A stretch of 62,918 nt of DNA, filler included, from Choristocarpus tenellus KU-1152 (GCA_964200185.2; 9 parts of 9 records of this genome joined end to end with filler, not necessarily neighbours in it); one strand, 5' to 3'; positions 1 to 13,029 are shown, numbered from the whole stretch's first letter. The notes: generated by a model not told the origin, from the letters alone. Numbers and translations are program-made.

Positions 1-764
1 CCCTCCTTTTTCCGATTTGTAAAATCATCTCCATTTGATTTGTGGCACGAGTACGCCCGTGCTCTTGATCGCCGTGCTTCTGTCACATGATGAAATCAAC
101 ACACCTATTACACGCACTCCTTTTGTTAAACTGCGCAGTGCCTGGAGAAGAGCAGCTGGCATGATGTAAACTGCCCCCTGAGCAATGAATGAAGTTCATT
201 TAAATACCCACAGACAGGCCTTAGTGCATTAGGATGACCCCTTTTTTTTTTCTTCTGGGACATCCCAAACCTCTACCGGAAACTGCAACCTCGGCACTAC
301 AGTCACTACAGTGCCACCTTTTTTTTCTGTTTTCCCTTAGTGCAGTGACTGTTGTATCTCAGCAGCGACTCTTTTTTTTTTCTTTTATTGAACGAGTATA
401 GCTAAAAGGTCGATTGAAGATTTGTTATTTGCGGTAACATGTATTAGATTCCTCTCACTTCGTTGAAGTAGTCTGCTATGTAGCCCAGTCCTCGTATCAT
501 GCAGAACTGTTCACAGTGACTATCCATACTGATTGATTCGGCGTATATTTTGTCCCTGTCCACTCTCTGTTAGGTGAAGAAAACAGTCCACTCCAGTGAG
601 GGTTTATTGCACACACTGTTTTATCCTGTTGGGGTAAACATGTGCATCCAAAAACGTGTAGTATATTTCATACAGCCCCTCCCAGAAATTTCACTGTGAC
701 TCACCCACACATGCAGTCACCTCACCACCATCACTTAATTTCTTTCAAAATGTATGTACATACA

Positions 765-1002
765 CAGTACTGTGCAAAATTTTTAGCAAATACAAAATTG
801 GAGTTCTAGACAGGACAACGATCCGAAGCATACGGCGAAGAATAACCTTGCCTTTGTGAAAGGTGACCAGTGGCCTGCGACCTTGATGGAATGGCCTGCA
901 CAGTCGCCTGATTTAAATCCCATTGAGAACCTATGGCATCATCTAGACTCACAAGTTCAAAAGTCAAATTCACGTTTGTACTAAACTTTTTGCACAGTAC
1001 TG
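765..1002 (+). mobile_element. Internally deleted Tc1/mariner element retaining the C-terminal part of the DDE domain (D36E)
   Basis: TIRs CAGTACTGTGCAAAA.TTTAG (765-) and CTAAACTTTTTGCACAGTACTG (-1002), followed by TA on the right. 811-984 translates QDNDPKHTAK...WPAQSPDLNPIENLW, the canonical Tc1 motifs. Confidence 0.9.
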
Positions 1003-1161
1003 TATATACATATATACTCCGAAGAATTGAACCACTTAAAAATATTTTGATGTTACTTCAAGAGGTATTTTTTTCTTGTTGCACACAAATATGAAAGCAC
1101 ACCTTATTCGCTCGCAGCTTGTGAACAGGCGTTTTTTTATGTGCGTGTCTCTGCTTTGCAG

Positions 1162-1374
1162 CGTGGGGAATATCCTGATAAGAAGTCGAAGCTACTGCAA
1201 CAACAGGCAACCGACTTCACAAAAGCCTGCGAAAAGGTTTCCAAGGCCTTGAAGGGAGGGAAGGGCGGGGGGGATAAGGAGGGGGCCCTTGAGGCCTATG
1301 TCGTTGCCAAGAAAATTCTGGTGGAGTACCTTGCTGGGGTGGAAATGGACCCCCTTGAGAGCAGCAGCTACTAG
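1162..1374 (+). CDS. Terminal exon of a probable plastid/thylakoid helical-bundle protein (PsbQ-like; identity uncertain)
   Basis: Acceptor ctttgcag at 1161, then open frame RGEYPDKKSKLLQQQATDF...ALEAYVVAKKILVEYLAGVEMDPLESSSY*. Amphipathic helices reminiscent of algal lumen proteins. Upstream exons not identified. Confidence 0.55.
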   Translation, partial: RGEYPDKKSKLLQQQATDFTKACEKVSKALKGGKGGGDKEGALEAYVVAKKILVEYLAGVEMDPLESSSY

Positions 1375-2849
1375 AAACCATGAGAGATATTGCCAACAAC
1401 GCCTGCCATGTACTAGGAAGTGGCCAATAAACACTCGACTTCATGGATGTAGATGATGCATTGACTGTGCTGCATGATCAAGGATTGGACCTTGCAGGGG
1501 GTGAGCCACAGTTTGTTGTCATTGTGGTGTCTAGAGTAGATGGTTCTGTTCTTACAGTCAAGTTGTTTTTGTGTGTTTGTGTGTGTGTGTACAGCAGTTG
1601 CTTTGTTGAGCTATTACTCCGGTGTTTTTTCTTTTTACACTAGGGTGTAGGGCTAGGGCTACTCTTGCTGCAACTTCAGTGTGCAGCGCAATTGGAATCG
1701 CACAGTCAGTGGGTAAAGAATCGTGCGTCTCGGATGGGTGGGCATGGTATGAGCGTTTTGTGTATGGGATGTTATTGTGGTTATCGTGATGTTGAGGTCA
1801 ATGGAAAGCACTTTATGTATACTTGCTGCCAAGCATGATGCAAATCTATTGTGAGGAGTGCATCATGAAGACACACATACAACATGCCTTGTGGAGGTAC
1901 CCCAGGGACTTACCTTTCTTGCTCACTACTGTGGCAGGGCCTTGGAGAACACTTCAACAGGTGTGGTCAAGGGGGCAATTGCATGTTCCATATGCACCCC
2001 TGGTCCTGCAATGGGGTTTGTGTGATGTGGATCTGGTCCTCTGGAACACTAGCCCAAAGTGAGAGATTCCTTAAAGTATGATGTTGCTGCTCATGGATTT
2101 GTGTTTTATTAGTTGGGGGGGTTTTGGCAACCATTCTCAGCACTACTGTCTCAGACTTGAAGGCTGCGAAGGCCTATGGTGAAAGAACAATCTTCCATGA
2201 ACAGCATGCACCAATAAACCCCAACGTCCCTTTTTTTAATAACAAACCTCCAACTATTGCTAACGCTCTTATTCATCTCCATGGGCAACAGTGTGGAGGA
2301 CAGTCCCAGGTGTGGAATTTCTCATCTCTCGCTGTAAGGCAGCAAACACAATATACTATTCTGGCAGCTACTCTACCGGAGTAAGGGCTTCCAACAAGTC
2401 ACAATCATATTCCTTGGTACCACAAGCACAACAAGCCCTCTCACTCTCTGTTTCCGGTACGAAAATTTTGAAACCCTTGAAACAGAGTCCATACTTGCTT
2501 GCTCCACACATGTTTAAAAGGAGGGTCCTCTCAGCAGAAACTATTCTCACTACCCACCCACTCAAGCACTCCGCCATAGTGGGTTGCTGATCACTACCGG
2601 CTGAAACTGTGGTAAATGGTACAGAGGTTTCAGAAGATTGCAATGCTGCGCCCTTAAATTAAACAAAATGTTGTACAAAAGTAAAGAAGATAAGTGATTA
2701 CCCCAAAAAGGCTCAAGGGAGGTCCGAGACTACCTACCCATCAAGGCCTAACTTGGAAGGCAATTGGGTGTGTAAATGTGTAGTATCTTTCATAGGATGG
2801 GATGTGGTAAGGAGGCGAGGTGAAAAACAATGCACAATAGGTAGGGGCC

Positions 2850-4600
2850 TAGTATAGGAGAATGAATCTGCCACTGTCAACAATGTGACTGCAATTTCTT
2901 GTAAAAAACGGAGGGACGAGGGGGGGAACTAACAAGATTGAACTACTAACTATGTACAGTAGCATGGGCAGGGGCCTCCTTCGAGAGTAAACCCAGACAG
3001 CAAAATCGTACTACCTTGGGCAAAGGAGAGTCAATGACAACTCCTTCAAAAAGTACAAAACAAAGCAAGCAAGCAATGTAAGGTTTCTACCACCTCAAAA
3101 GACTATTCCGTGTCCTATTCTTCAAAACATCATTGGAAATTCCTGGAACGTTGAACGTCTCATGGATACCTCCATTGAATCTCTTCTGCATGCCCTTCGA
3201 AGGTCCACCAGCAACACCACACCTCCTACACATCATACAGGACATCACCGTAACAAAAGGGAAGTAACACTACATCCACCTCCTCCCCCAGCCAACACCC
3301 CGTGTGAGTGTTCTGAAAGGAGACCACAGACACCAATTGAGGGTAAGAATGTTGTCGGCAGAATGTACGCCGCAAGAAGTATCCCACCCACTGCAAAGAG
3401 GTGGAATCACCTATGGCATGCCAGCAGCACCTGTTATTTCACAGATAAGAGTGCCCTCTTTCCCCTTCTCCTCTTTTCCTGGGGGCGGAGAAATTATGCT
3501 CCCACGACTACCTCCTCCTTCCTTGGGCACATCCTGATAGCATCATAGCGTGTGCTACCTTCTGGACTCATGGCGATACTGGGTGGAGGACATCATCCAC
3601 TGGGACTTCCTCCTCTTCTTCATCCTTTATGTCTTTTGTTTCATCCGCACCTTTAGTAGGACTGAAGGGAGGACAGTGTTTTTTGGAGGGGATACAGAAA
3701 ACAGTGAAGGTAACAACCTACTGCTTTGGTCTCCCAAATATTTCAGTAGGTTGTCAGGATAGCACAGAGCCGTATAATCAATACATGTCACACTGCATAC
3801 CATTAGTCAGCGGCAAACACTCCTCACATCCCTCCCCCCATCAGTAATAGCTCTTGTGGTGCTGCCTAAGGCGTGATTCTTCTGATTTATGTATAATAGT
3901 CAAATTTCAATGGAGACATCTTAAAATAAATTGCGCTTGGAAGTGGGGTACCCCTGAACCACAACTCCGTCTGTTTTGTTCCAGGTTGGTTGGTGAAACC
4001 AAGTGATGCATGTGGGTATCAGTAATATCCAAGGTGTGCATTGTGTAAACAGTATCATGAAGGCGTGACCCCTGCTGGACTAGCCCAAAAGAACCATACA
4101 AGTACAGCGAAGTCTCAAGACATATTCTAATCTGCACCGCTGGCAAAGAACTGGAACATAAAATGAATCAAAAACACGAACTATGGTAGCAACACCTTGA
4201 TTGAGCAAGGAAAAGGTGCATTACAAATCCAAAGCAACCGATTGAGCTTGGAATGCCTCGCCAATGCTGCTGTGATGTCAATAGCACATATCAGCAATTG
4301 TGGTGAGTGAATTGAGGAGTGTTTCGGTGAATGGGGGGAGCAGTAGGAAGTAGTACCTCGTGCAAGACCAAGGGTATGACTGTACGTGCAGACCCCACAG
4401 CTGCACAGATAAAATTGAAATGCCAGAATTAGGAAAGGTGCTAAGATCTCGTGAAGATCATACCATGACTCTCGCGCGTAGCCCACGAAAATATACAAAC
4501 GACAAGGTCCGTACTGCAAGCAAAATGCATTGGACAAAGATCGAGGTGAAAAATGAAGACATGTAATAGTCAAGATTATTGCACTATATCAACAACAAAG
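2850..4600 (-). mobile_element. Highly decayed non-LTR retrotransposon (LINE-type RT) remnant
   Basis: Minus-strand fragments in RT order resemble LINE motifs: LLWICNAPF (~D-x-x-NAF), LVQQGSRL (~GVQQGDPL), PVDDV (~YxDD), GVVIDSPL. Many stops and frameshifts; boundaries approximate. Confidence 0.35.
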
Positions 4601-4982
4601 TTTTACCGCGCGGGGCCCTTAAGTGCCCACATAAACTGAATTGGAGGTACGGTACGCCACTAGCCAAAATGTAATGACACAAAGGAGGGACAGCATTTGT
4701 GAGGTCCCAAGGACGCTAGCAAGAATGGTCACCAGGATGAGGTGAACTTGTGCTTTGAGAATCTGTGGCAATTACATGCCTAAATCAGAAGGAGAGTCGT
4801 GCACAAGTCACCTCCCAGTACTTCGACTTCACATGAACTGATTACTTCAACTTCACAATCGCATCCAGATTGCAAGGAGAGCAGGTGCAAGTCCCATGCA
4901 TGTCTACAATGGACAAGTACACAATGGAAAGCCTGAGGCAGAACAACTTAAACAGCTCAGTCAGTTACGAGTTCGTTTCTCA

Positions 4983-5525
4983 CCTTTGTTGATCAGATCC
5001 CAGGTAGGTCCGTAGGACGCGGTCTACGGCAGTAAGGGTGAATATTTTATTGCCTCGGCCAATTGAGTATACCTTATCCTTGTATCGGATCCACGAGCCG
5101 CCTAATGTTTGAAAGTAGGCAAACACGTGGAGGCTCTCACATCCACGGGGAAATTCCTGCGTTGTAACCTGAACGATCTCCCCTTTTCCATCTGTTGGGT
5201 CCCCTCGATAATCTGATACAAGGAAGATAGGTACCACCTCCTGGTGAGTGGCCGTCTTCGTCACCCTTTTCCCCTCGGATGCACAGACAAGGGGAGCGCT
5301 CACTCCGGCACTTAGTGCAGCAGACATGACCCTATGGGTCTTAGTGAGGACCGATCGAGTCATCAACTTGTCCTCTTGGACCACGAAATACGAAACTCTG
5401 AACGAGCTGGCATTCCGCAGGACCAAATGTGGAATGGAATCTATGCCAAAACGTGGGCAAAACTCTTGCTGAGTTGGTGCATCATCAGCATTGGTATCCT
5501 GGGCTGTAAGCCATCTTCGCTTCAT
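4983..5525 (-). CDS. Orphan 181-codon ORF, probably the first exon of an unknown gene
   Basis: ATG at 5525, long open frame of protein-like composition, strong donor AAAG|GTGAGA just before the stop. No recognisable domain and no downstream exons found. Confidence 0.4.
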
Positions 5526-5865
5526 CGCTAACCCCAGAGAGAGCCCATCAACGTTTCCTTTCCTATAAACCAGTTGTTACAACTCTAAGAGTGGAGAAGA
5601 TTCTTGGTCAACTGATAAGTGTGATAAACAGCCTTCGACAAAAGTGGAAACCTTCCTCCTCCATTCAACTTGATTGACCTTTGTTTCGGTGTTTTGAATG
5701 CAAGTTATGTGATTGGTCAAAGGTTGTCTGCAAAGGGGACAATAACAACCTCAGGGACGACTCACGACAAGATTTGGACCAAATGGACACCCACTACTGA
5801 TAAATATTGATTAGAGTGCTATTTTGTGGTTTGTACGAGCGGTGGTAGTGAGGGATTATTAATGG

Positions 5866-5965
5866 NNNNNNNNNNNNNNNNNNNNNNNNNNNNNNNNNNN
5901 NNNNNNNNNTTAATTAATTAANNNNNNNNNNNNNNNNNNNNNNNNNNNNNNNNNNNNNNNNNNNN
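5866..5965. other. Artificial scaffold gap linker (also 8887-8986, 12791-12890, 20801-20900, 35809-35908, 39344-39443, 48663-48762, 54794-54893)
   Basis: Identical 100-nt N-run with central TTAATTAATTAA (stops in all six frames) at eight positions. Confidence 0.97.
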
Positions 5966-7923
5966 AAGAAACCAACCCCACAAACAAAAACCACAAAAAA
6001 AAAAAAACCCCACCCCCCCGCCCCCCCCCCCCCCCCCCCCCCCCCCCAGATACTTTGAGCCTACATCATAAGAATTTAAAAAATAGATTCACACCCAATG
6101 TGTATATGTAGTCATGCCCTATCAAAAGACATTAAATTGTGATACTTCGAGGTATCACAAGAAGCTGGCACCATGATGAGAGTATCATGTCACAAATGTA
6201 TCTTTGTATATCTCCCCATATCTCTCAATCCGCAGGACTGGAGGGCACCTTGGTTGGCCTGTGGGTTGGCTTCCCTTCCTCCACAAGTACACCTTTATGA
6301 CTAGCAACGCCTTGGACTTCTGTCAGGCAGTGATTGAGGTCACCAAGGAGCAAAATCAAAGATAAGCAAGGAAACACTGTGGGAGGGTATCCCTATACCC
6401 TAGGAAAGTCGTCACAATCAACGCCACACTCACAAGGCTTGTGAGAACATCGAGAGAGTCAGAGACTATCAAGGAAACAGCCTGGAATAAATACGCACTA
6501 TCTCAAAGAATGTGACGAGGGTACTCCTCTATCATCAGTTGGGGTACAGTGTAATTTCTCGTAAATTATAATTTCATACCTACTCTCTCCCCTTATCCGT
6601 ATATATGCTACATGTATTCTACTTGCAGGCTGGAGAGGGTGTTTGTTAAATTGGTGTTCCCTTTATATTGCGCGCAAATGTGGTGGCATTATATCAAATA
6701 TCTTCTACATTGGACAAGCTTATCCAGTCAGGTTGAAATATCACAACAAATCGTCTTATCTGCTTCATACTGTGAAGCATGCTTCATCCAGTCAGTCATG
6801 TTATGTGTGCAGCTAACCATACTAGCTGCATCATCAGAGAGTGAATTGCGGGCAACCTCATGAGAGTTCGTATTGTCACTTGGCAACATATGCTGCGTAT
6901 TAGCTATTGATACTTCAGCACTTTAAAAATGATTTTAAAAGCTGTTGTTGTATGACATACGCACATCGTTTACTCATTTCGTATTCCTGGTCCTTTCCGC
7001 ACTCACATGGCCAATACCTGGAGCATATAAGATCACAACTGTGATAATGTTGAGGAAAAAATGTAGAATGTCATGGACCGGAAAGAATTTAGACGATTAT
7101 TGTAGATTATGGTAATAGAACTATACCTAATGGGAAGGGTTAAAATTGATTGAAACTGATTCACCCTTCTCACTTGTAGACTTAATTTTACCTTATCAAG
7201 CTAACCAAACTGCCCAAACTAATTCTGTTTGGTTTTGGGAAAATCAAATGGTGTTGACCAATTTGAATGCTGGATCAATTATAATCCAGTTCAAGTCTTA
7301 CAATTTAGTGTGTATGGTCGAATTTTTTTCCAGATAAGACCGGGCCAAAAACACCCACCAGTGCTACACAGGTACAATTATACGAAGCCATCAATTTTAA
7401 TCAGTACTATGATCAATAATCCACTTCTACAATTAACTTGACACCGCCCTGCATATACCTGCAGCCAACTGGCTGACACATAGGTTTGGGCAGAACAAAG
7501 TGATCAATTGATGTCTATTACTATATATTACTATACTATGCTCCCAGTCCGATGTTGTTGCATTACTGCTGTGTTTTCCAAACCTTGTTTGCCACAGTAG
7601 TGAGTCTCATAGTCTGCCCCACAGGCAGTATTTCTATTACAAATATATGTTTAGAAAAGTATACAACATGGAGTCAGTCTTGCATACCGGATTACTTGAA
7701 AATACATCCATCTTGCTAAATGGTCTTCACTTGACTTATTGATACCCCAGTGTGTTGAGCTTTGACATGTTTCCCTGCCTTTTATTGGCAGTGTTCAGCA
7801 AATCCCTGTATTAAACCTTGGATGCTCATTTGGTGGAGGTTGGCAGCACCTAATGGCCGACCTTTTTATCTCATTGGTGCTATTACTGCTGCTCTTACAA
7901 CAGCACAATTCATACACACACAC

Positions 7924-7954
<31 letters not shown>

Positions 7955-7983
7955 CATACATACATACATACATACATACACAT
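7924..7983. repeat. (TACA)n microsatellite
   Basis: Perfect tetranucleotide run; explains the HTYI-repeat ORFs. Confidence 0.95.
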
Positions 7984-8101
7984 CCTACTCTTGACTGCCA
8001 AGGATGTACACAGACATTTCGCAGATATTGTCATGGAGGGAAATAATAAGAAACTTCAAAAAGGCATTGTGCATCATCAGCGAATTCCTGGACAGATGAT
8101 T

Positions 8102-8277
8102 GGCTCAAAGTATCTGAGTGGGGTGGCGGCTGTACATTTGGGGTCAATTTTTTCATATGGTGATATTTGGGTGATTTGATTCCATACGTCGGATGGATAA
8201 TGTAAGTGCACTTTTCCTGATTTTGGTCCAAATAGACACTCTGGTATAGACCCCACCCCCCCCAGATGCTTTGGGTC
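8102..8277. mobile_element. MITE, short subfamily (PIF/Harbinger-Tourist-like)
   Basis: TIR GGCTCAAAGTATCTG...CAGATGCTTTGGGTC with G/C tracts inside; 3-bp TSD ATT on both sides. Confidence 0.85.
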
Positions 8278-8675
8278 ATTGGCTACCAGTTCCCGCGTAC
8301 TCACCGCTGATATATGTAGTGCCACAGCAACTACCAGCAGCAAGCTCCCTCACTGTGACAATACTATGCCAAGATAGTTGTTACTTCTCCTACATCTTGC
8401 AAGCTACAATTTGCAACTAATTAATATTCGTTCCACACCTTTCTTTAAATCATGAAGGGAAAACAACTCCCAAGTGCCTGTCGACTACTCTGCCAAAAAA
8501 AAAGAGGCCCCATCCCCTTGCACCATATCAAAAGCTGCAACTCTCTATTCATAATATCATCCACGTTTGTGTTCCTGGCGACCGCAGGACCAGAAGGACC
8601 TATTGCCACGCAACCCACAGACCACAGAAGCAGCTTAACCCACAACTCTTCCTCTCTAACCTTGAAGGGAACATT

Positions 8676-9011
8676 GAGTCAAAGTAACTTAGAGGGTAGA
8701 GCCGTGTCCGTTTGGGGGGCAAAATCCAATGGTAGTGCGAATTTGATGAAATTTTGGCTGTTATGTTTGTTAGGAAGTGTCAATATCCTAGTTCCGAACA
8801 CACTTTTTCATATTGTATACATTTTACTAACTCCAAAACATTTCGGAGAAGGGTCAAAGTATCTGGGGGGGGGGGGGGGGGGGGGGNNNNNNNNNNNNNN
8901 NNNNNNNNNNNNNNNNNNNNNNNNNNNNNNTTAATTAATTAANNNNNNNNNNNNNNNNNNNNNNNNNNNNNNNNNNNNNNNNNNNNCCCCCCCTCCCAGA
9001 TACTTTGGGTC
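8676..9011. mobile_element. Long-subfamily MITE (from 8676) interrupted by a short-subfamily copy (8851-9011, spanning a gap)
   Basis: GAGTCAAAGTAACTTAGAGGGT start, body matching 38748-39007. A second TIR GGGTCAAAGTATCTGGGG starts at 8851 and CCCAGATACTTTGGGTC ends at 9011. Confidence 0.75.
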
Positions 9012-9364
9012 AGTTCTAAAAAGGAGGAAACTTCATTTCAGAAATGCAAGGAGTGTGTGAGTAGCCAGGAAATAGGGTACCAAGTGCGAGGAGGCATAGC
9101 TGCAAGTGATAGAACCCAACAACGACCTCAACATACTTTATGCGAAAACATTAAAAATAACCCCAAAATAATTCGCATTAGCCTAGCTGGGTTGGGTGTG
9201 GTAATTCTTACTCCAAATCCACACAAAAGGAAAATTAGGTGGGTCAAAGGTCCCGCAAGTCTGCCTTGGGGTTTCATTTGGCGGCTGGCGTACCCGCTGG
9301 ACTTACGCCAGAAAAGGGGCTGTTTGGGTAGACTAGCAGGTAAAGGGGGGGGGCAGAAGGGATA

Positions 9365-9985
9365 GACATAGAAGTGTTATGAGACAGCTTGGGACCAATG
9401 GTCCGAGTTCTGTACATATAGAGGATTGAGTAGGTGTTTAGACCCCAGAAGTCGAGAGATAGAGGTAGTGAAGGCCCTAGCGGAGTTCATGCGTTTTGAC
9501 TGCGGGAGTAGGGAGAACCAAGTAAGCACAGTTAAGTTTGGTAAGATAGCGGCAATCAAATATTACCACAAACTCTTTCTTAACTTTTAACTTCCCACAC
9601 AACAATTTCAGGACTCATTCGGTGCTCGAAGGGGATAGGGAGGAGCCACACAAAAGTAGGGAGTGAGCCTAAGAGGAGGAGACCCTTGACATGGAGAATG
9701 ATTGTAGAAACAAAGCAGTGCACTGAAACGTTAGGTAGGGAAGGTAAATTGACAAGGCTAGCATTGGGTTTCTCGTTTTCTTTCTAGCCAGAGCATCCGA
9801 GTTGTGGGTCTATGATGAAGGAGGGGAGTACATGGAGATTTCACAGTAACGAGAGATATAGTTTGGAGGAGAGGAGTGGAAAGATTGAGGTGGGAGGATA
9901 TACACCAAGCAGAAAAAGTAGAGGTAACGTCCATGGGGTCAAAAGGGGACCAGGGTAGGAAGGGAGCACTGTTGATATGGCTAGG
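9365..9985 (+). mobile_element. DIRS/Ngaro-type tyrosine recombinase pseudogene fragment
   Basis: Plus-strand translation with frameshifts gives YETAWDQWSEFC...LAEF...KIAAIKYYH (SAM-like N-terminus), then RRRPLTW, FFFLARASELW (catalytic Arg) and VEVTSMGSKGDQGRKG (catalytic Lys). Confidence 0.75.
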
Positions 9986-9989
9986 AGGA

Positions 9990-10790
9990 GAATACCTACA
10001 ACACCTACACCATCACGTAGACCAACTTCCCCTTACCCACCTCATGAGACTGAAGTGGCATTTGTGCTTGGAGGAACAGCAGCAATCGAACTCGCCCAAG
10101 AGGGGGGGCTGGAGGTGTCAATTTCTCCCAGGATGAGGCTGGAGGTATCGACCTAGCCCACGGTGGGGCTACAGATGTTGATCTCGCCCAAGAGGGGAGT
10201 GGTGGGGATATTGACCGAGAAGGATTGATGACTGAGGCTACGTAGAGGATGTTGTAGCAATGCGTACGATTTCCCCTGAGGGGGTTGAAGTGAATGCCAT
10301 TGTGCCAGAGGGGATTGTTGAGGGGGAGGGACCTACCCCAAAGATGGCACCGCTAGTGTTTGATCCAGGGGGGTCAACTAGTCTGATTGCAACATCAGAG
10401 GTGGGTGTTGAGGAACTGGGCGGAAGTAATGCATATACCATCGTCCCAGGGGGGACAGTTAAGGGGGAGGAGCTCGCCTCAAGTATGGACACTAGTGATA
10501 CACAACTCGCATCAACATCACGCAATGATGGGCCTGATGAACTCGCCCAAGGTGGGGCTGGAGCTTTTATCACGGCTCCGTGGGGCCGGAGTGGTGAGAT
10601 GCGAGCTACTACTAAAGTGGATATCAACCAGATGCATATGCAACTCGGTCACTGACATGAAGCGATGGTATGCAGGTATGCCAAGGATCGTAGGATTTAC
10701 TTAACTGGGGAATGGCAACAATATTATAAGGAGTGCGCTATTGGCAAGGCCCATCGGAAACCTGTACCGAAGGTAATAGTAAGTCTACCG
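9990..10790 (+). mobile_element. Ty1/Copia polyprotein remnant (linker and GAG-pre-integrase region)
   Basis: VDINQMHMQLGH*HEAMVCRYAKDRRIYLTGEWQQYYKECAIGKAHRKPVPK matches the HxxLGH...CxxC pre-integrase pattern; contains an in-frame stop. Confidence 0.7.
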
Positions 10791-11285
10791 ACAGTCGGGA
10801 CGGGTGTCCATAAATTTGAACGGACCGAAGCCAAGGGCAAGTGTTATAGGCGAATAGCACGAGCATTTCTTTTCGTGTTCTAGCAAGCGCGAGCAGTATA
10901 CGAGATTCATGACACAATGGTGGCCTTGTAGAATAAATGCTGATTTCTTAGAAGTTGCAGGAAATATTGTAATTTGAGTACGTATACAACGGTTGGCAGA
11001 TGTCTTTCAATTTGTATTCTGTAGAATTCTGGTGGATGATGCACATAATGATTACTTTGGCTGCCACCAAAGTACATCTTGACCAACTCTTTTTATCTTG
11101 ATTGAAACTTCAAGTCAAGCATTGAGCTAAGCACTGATTGAAGCATCGAGAGAAGAGTAGCTGACATCCATTCGTGGGCGAAGGGGAATCGTGTGAGGCT
11201 CATAACCTGTTGAAAACTGAATCGAATGCATCTTACATGTAGGAAAAATGCGTAGACTACTAACGATGAGTAACATGCATAGTTT

Positions 11286-11692
11286 GAGCCAAGGTATCTT
11301 AGAGGGTAGGACCGCGTCCATTTGGGGGCCAAAATCCAATTTTACGATTTTGATGTAATTTTGGCTATCGTGTTTGTCAGAAAGTGCTAATATCCTTGTT
11401 CCGGACACACCTTTTCATAACGTACACATTTTACCTACCCCGACACAATTTGGAGTAGGAAAATGGCATGAAAAAAACATGGAGGGAAGCCAAGCCCCAA
11501 AGCAATACCCCATAAGAATCAGAAATATTTCCTTTTATATGAGAAAAATTCTCATACAACTAATCACTAGTAAAAGGTTCTCATAACTCAACCACTAATT
11601 GGTTGTTCCGTTACTCCATACATAATTTACCGTAACTGTCCGATAGAGTTCGAAGAGTCTAATCGAACACCCCCCTCCAGATATTTTGAGCC
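11286..11692. mobile_element. Composite long-subfamily MITE carrying a second dispersed repeat
   Basis: TIR GAGCCAAGGTATCTTAGAGGGT...CCAGATATTTTGAGCC. Internal 11510-11670 is similar to 38460-38605 (GATAGAGTT.GAAGAGTCTAATCGAACACCC). Confidence 0.7.
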
Positions 11693-12974
11693 CATCTTCC
11701 CTCCCACGTACATCTAGATTATCCGAGTTATTACATTTTTTGCAACATAGTTTGTCGGTCACTCGAATGCCTCAGAAGGACTATCATTATTGTGCACTAT
11801 CTGTTTTGCTAGATAGCCTAAACTCATTATCAAACCCACCATCACCAAGCTGACTTCGTGGACTTTTCTTTTAGTCGATCTCTTCGCGTCAAACTTAACC
11901 AAGCTCACTCTAATATGGTCCTGGGTGAATAGAGCGGGCGTCCTTCCATCCACCCATAGATGCTCACGCGAGAAGCGTATATCGTAAGTGAGGTATCCTT
12001 TCCCATCATTTGTCACCGATGTACACCACGAACTTTGCAAGAAGCGGGATAATTCGCTGCAGGCCCTCTCCTCCAGTCCTTGCACGGTCTGCAGTTCTCT
12101 TAACTGTCTCCTTGTGTTCATCACGGAAATCTGACTCGATGTTCTCATCAACGTCTTCAACTGCTGTTACTGGTGTCGTTCCTCTATACTTCTCGCACCA
12201 AGTCTTCTTTTACTGAGGCCAACTCCATCAGGACTTTTTCTCCAATCTATTCGAGCTAGCCTTGAAAACTGAGCACACTTCAGTAAGTAGTACTAGCTAG
12301 CATATGTTAAAGAAGTGGGTTTGGACAGGTTGTAGATGAACCAAGGAAGGAGAAAGGAGGAACAAGCCTTCAACCCCAACGGACGAGGTCCTTACCACCA
12401 AATCAATCCTATTCCGTGGATCACTGATCACTAATCACAGATTACTTGTTAGATTGTACCCTATCCCTAAAATCCTCCATTTCTAGCTCATCAATCTATA
12501 TTCATGTCTTATTCTTCAGAATACAAACCTGTTCTCTTCCACAAACTAATTGATTTTTACATAATCTACTTCACACAAGAATAGAAAGCATATAACAGCC
12601 TCTCAGCAAATTGAGGATGGAGCATACTATGGAGGTTGGGTTTGACCCAGAATTGTCCTAGTAAAAGTGTCGATATGTTTTTTTTTTGTAAATGTTGCGG
12701 CACTTTTTAAGGGCCCCTTTTTGAACGGGATATATTTTTGTTCAAAACTATTTCGGTGCTTGTGGAAAGCTAAATGTATAAGGACAGACGNNNNNNNNNN
12801 NNNNNNNNNNNNNNNNNNNNNNNNNNNNNNNNNNTTAATTAATTAANNNNNNNNNNNNNNNNNNNNNNNNNNNNNNNNNNNNNNNNNNNNGGGGGGGGAA
12901 GGTTTGAGAGAAGAAACGAAAAAAAAAATCAGCAAGAAAGAAGAAAAATAACTGGTTCAAGGAACCTATCCCTT

Positions 12975-13029
12975 TTTATTATCTCAATTTATTATCTCAA
13001 TTTATTATCTCAATTTATTATCTCAATTT
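12975..13029. repeat. 13-bp minisatellite (TTTATTATCTCAA)x4
   Basis: Direct tandem copies visible. Confidence 0.9.

Noticed and set aside
5866-5965. TTAATTAATTAA palindrome as a biological motif
   Set aside because: Identical linker in every N gap; an assembly artefact.
7762-8179. ORFs with HTYI or TH repeats (also 13908 and 53037-53499)
   Set aside because: Translations of microsatellites and MITE sequence.
9377-9559. Gypsy integrase fragment on the minus strand (LLGSKHL)
   Set aside because: The plus strand of the same bases gives a much better tyrosine recombinase match.
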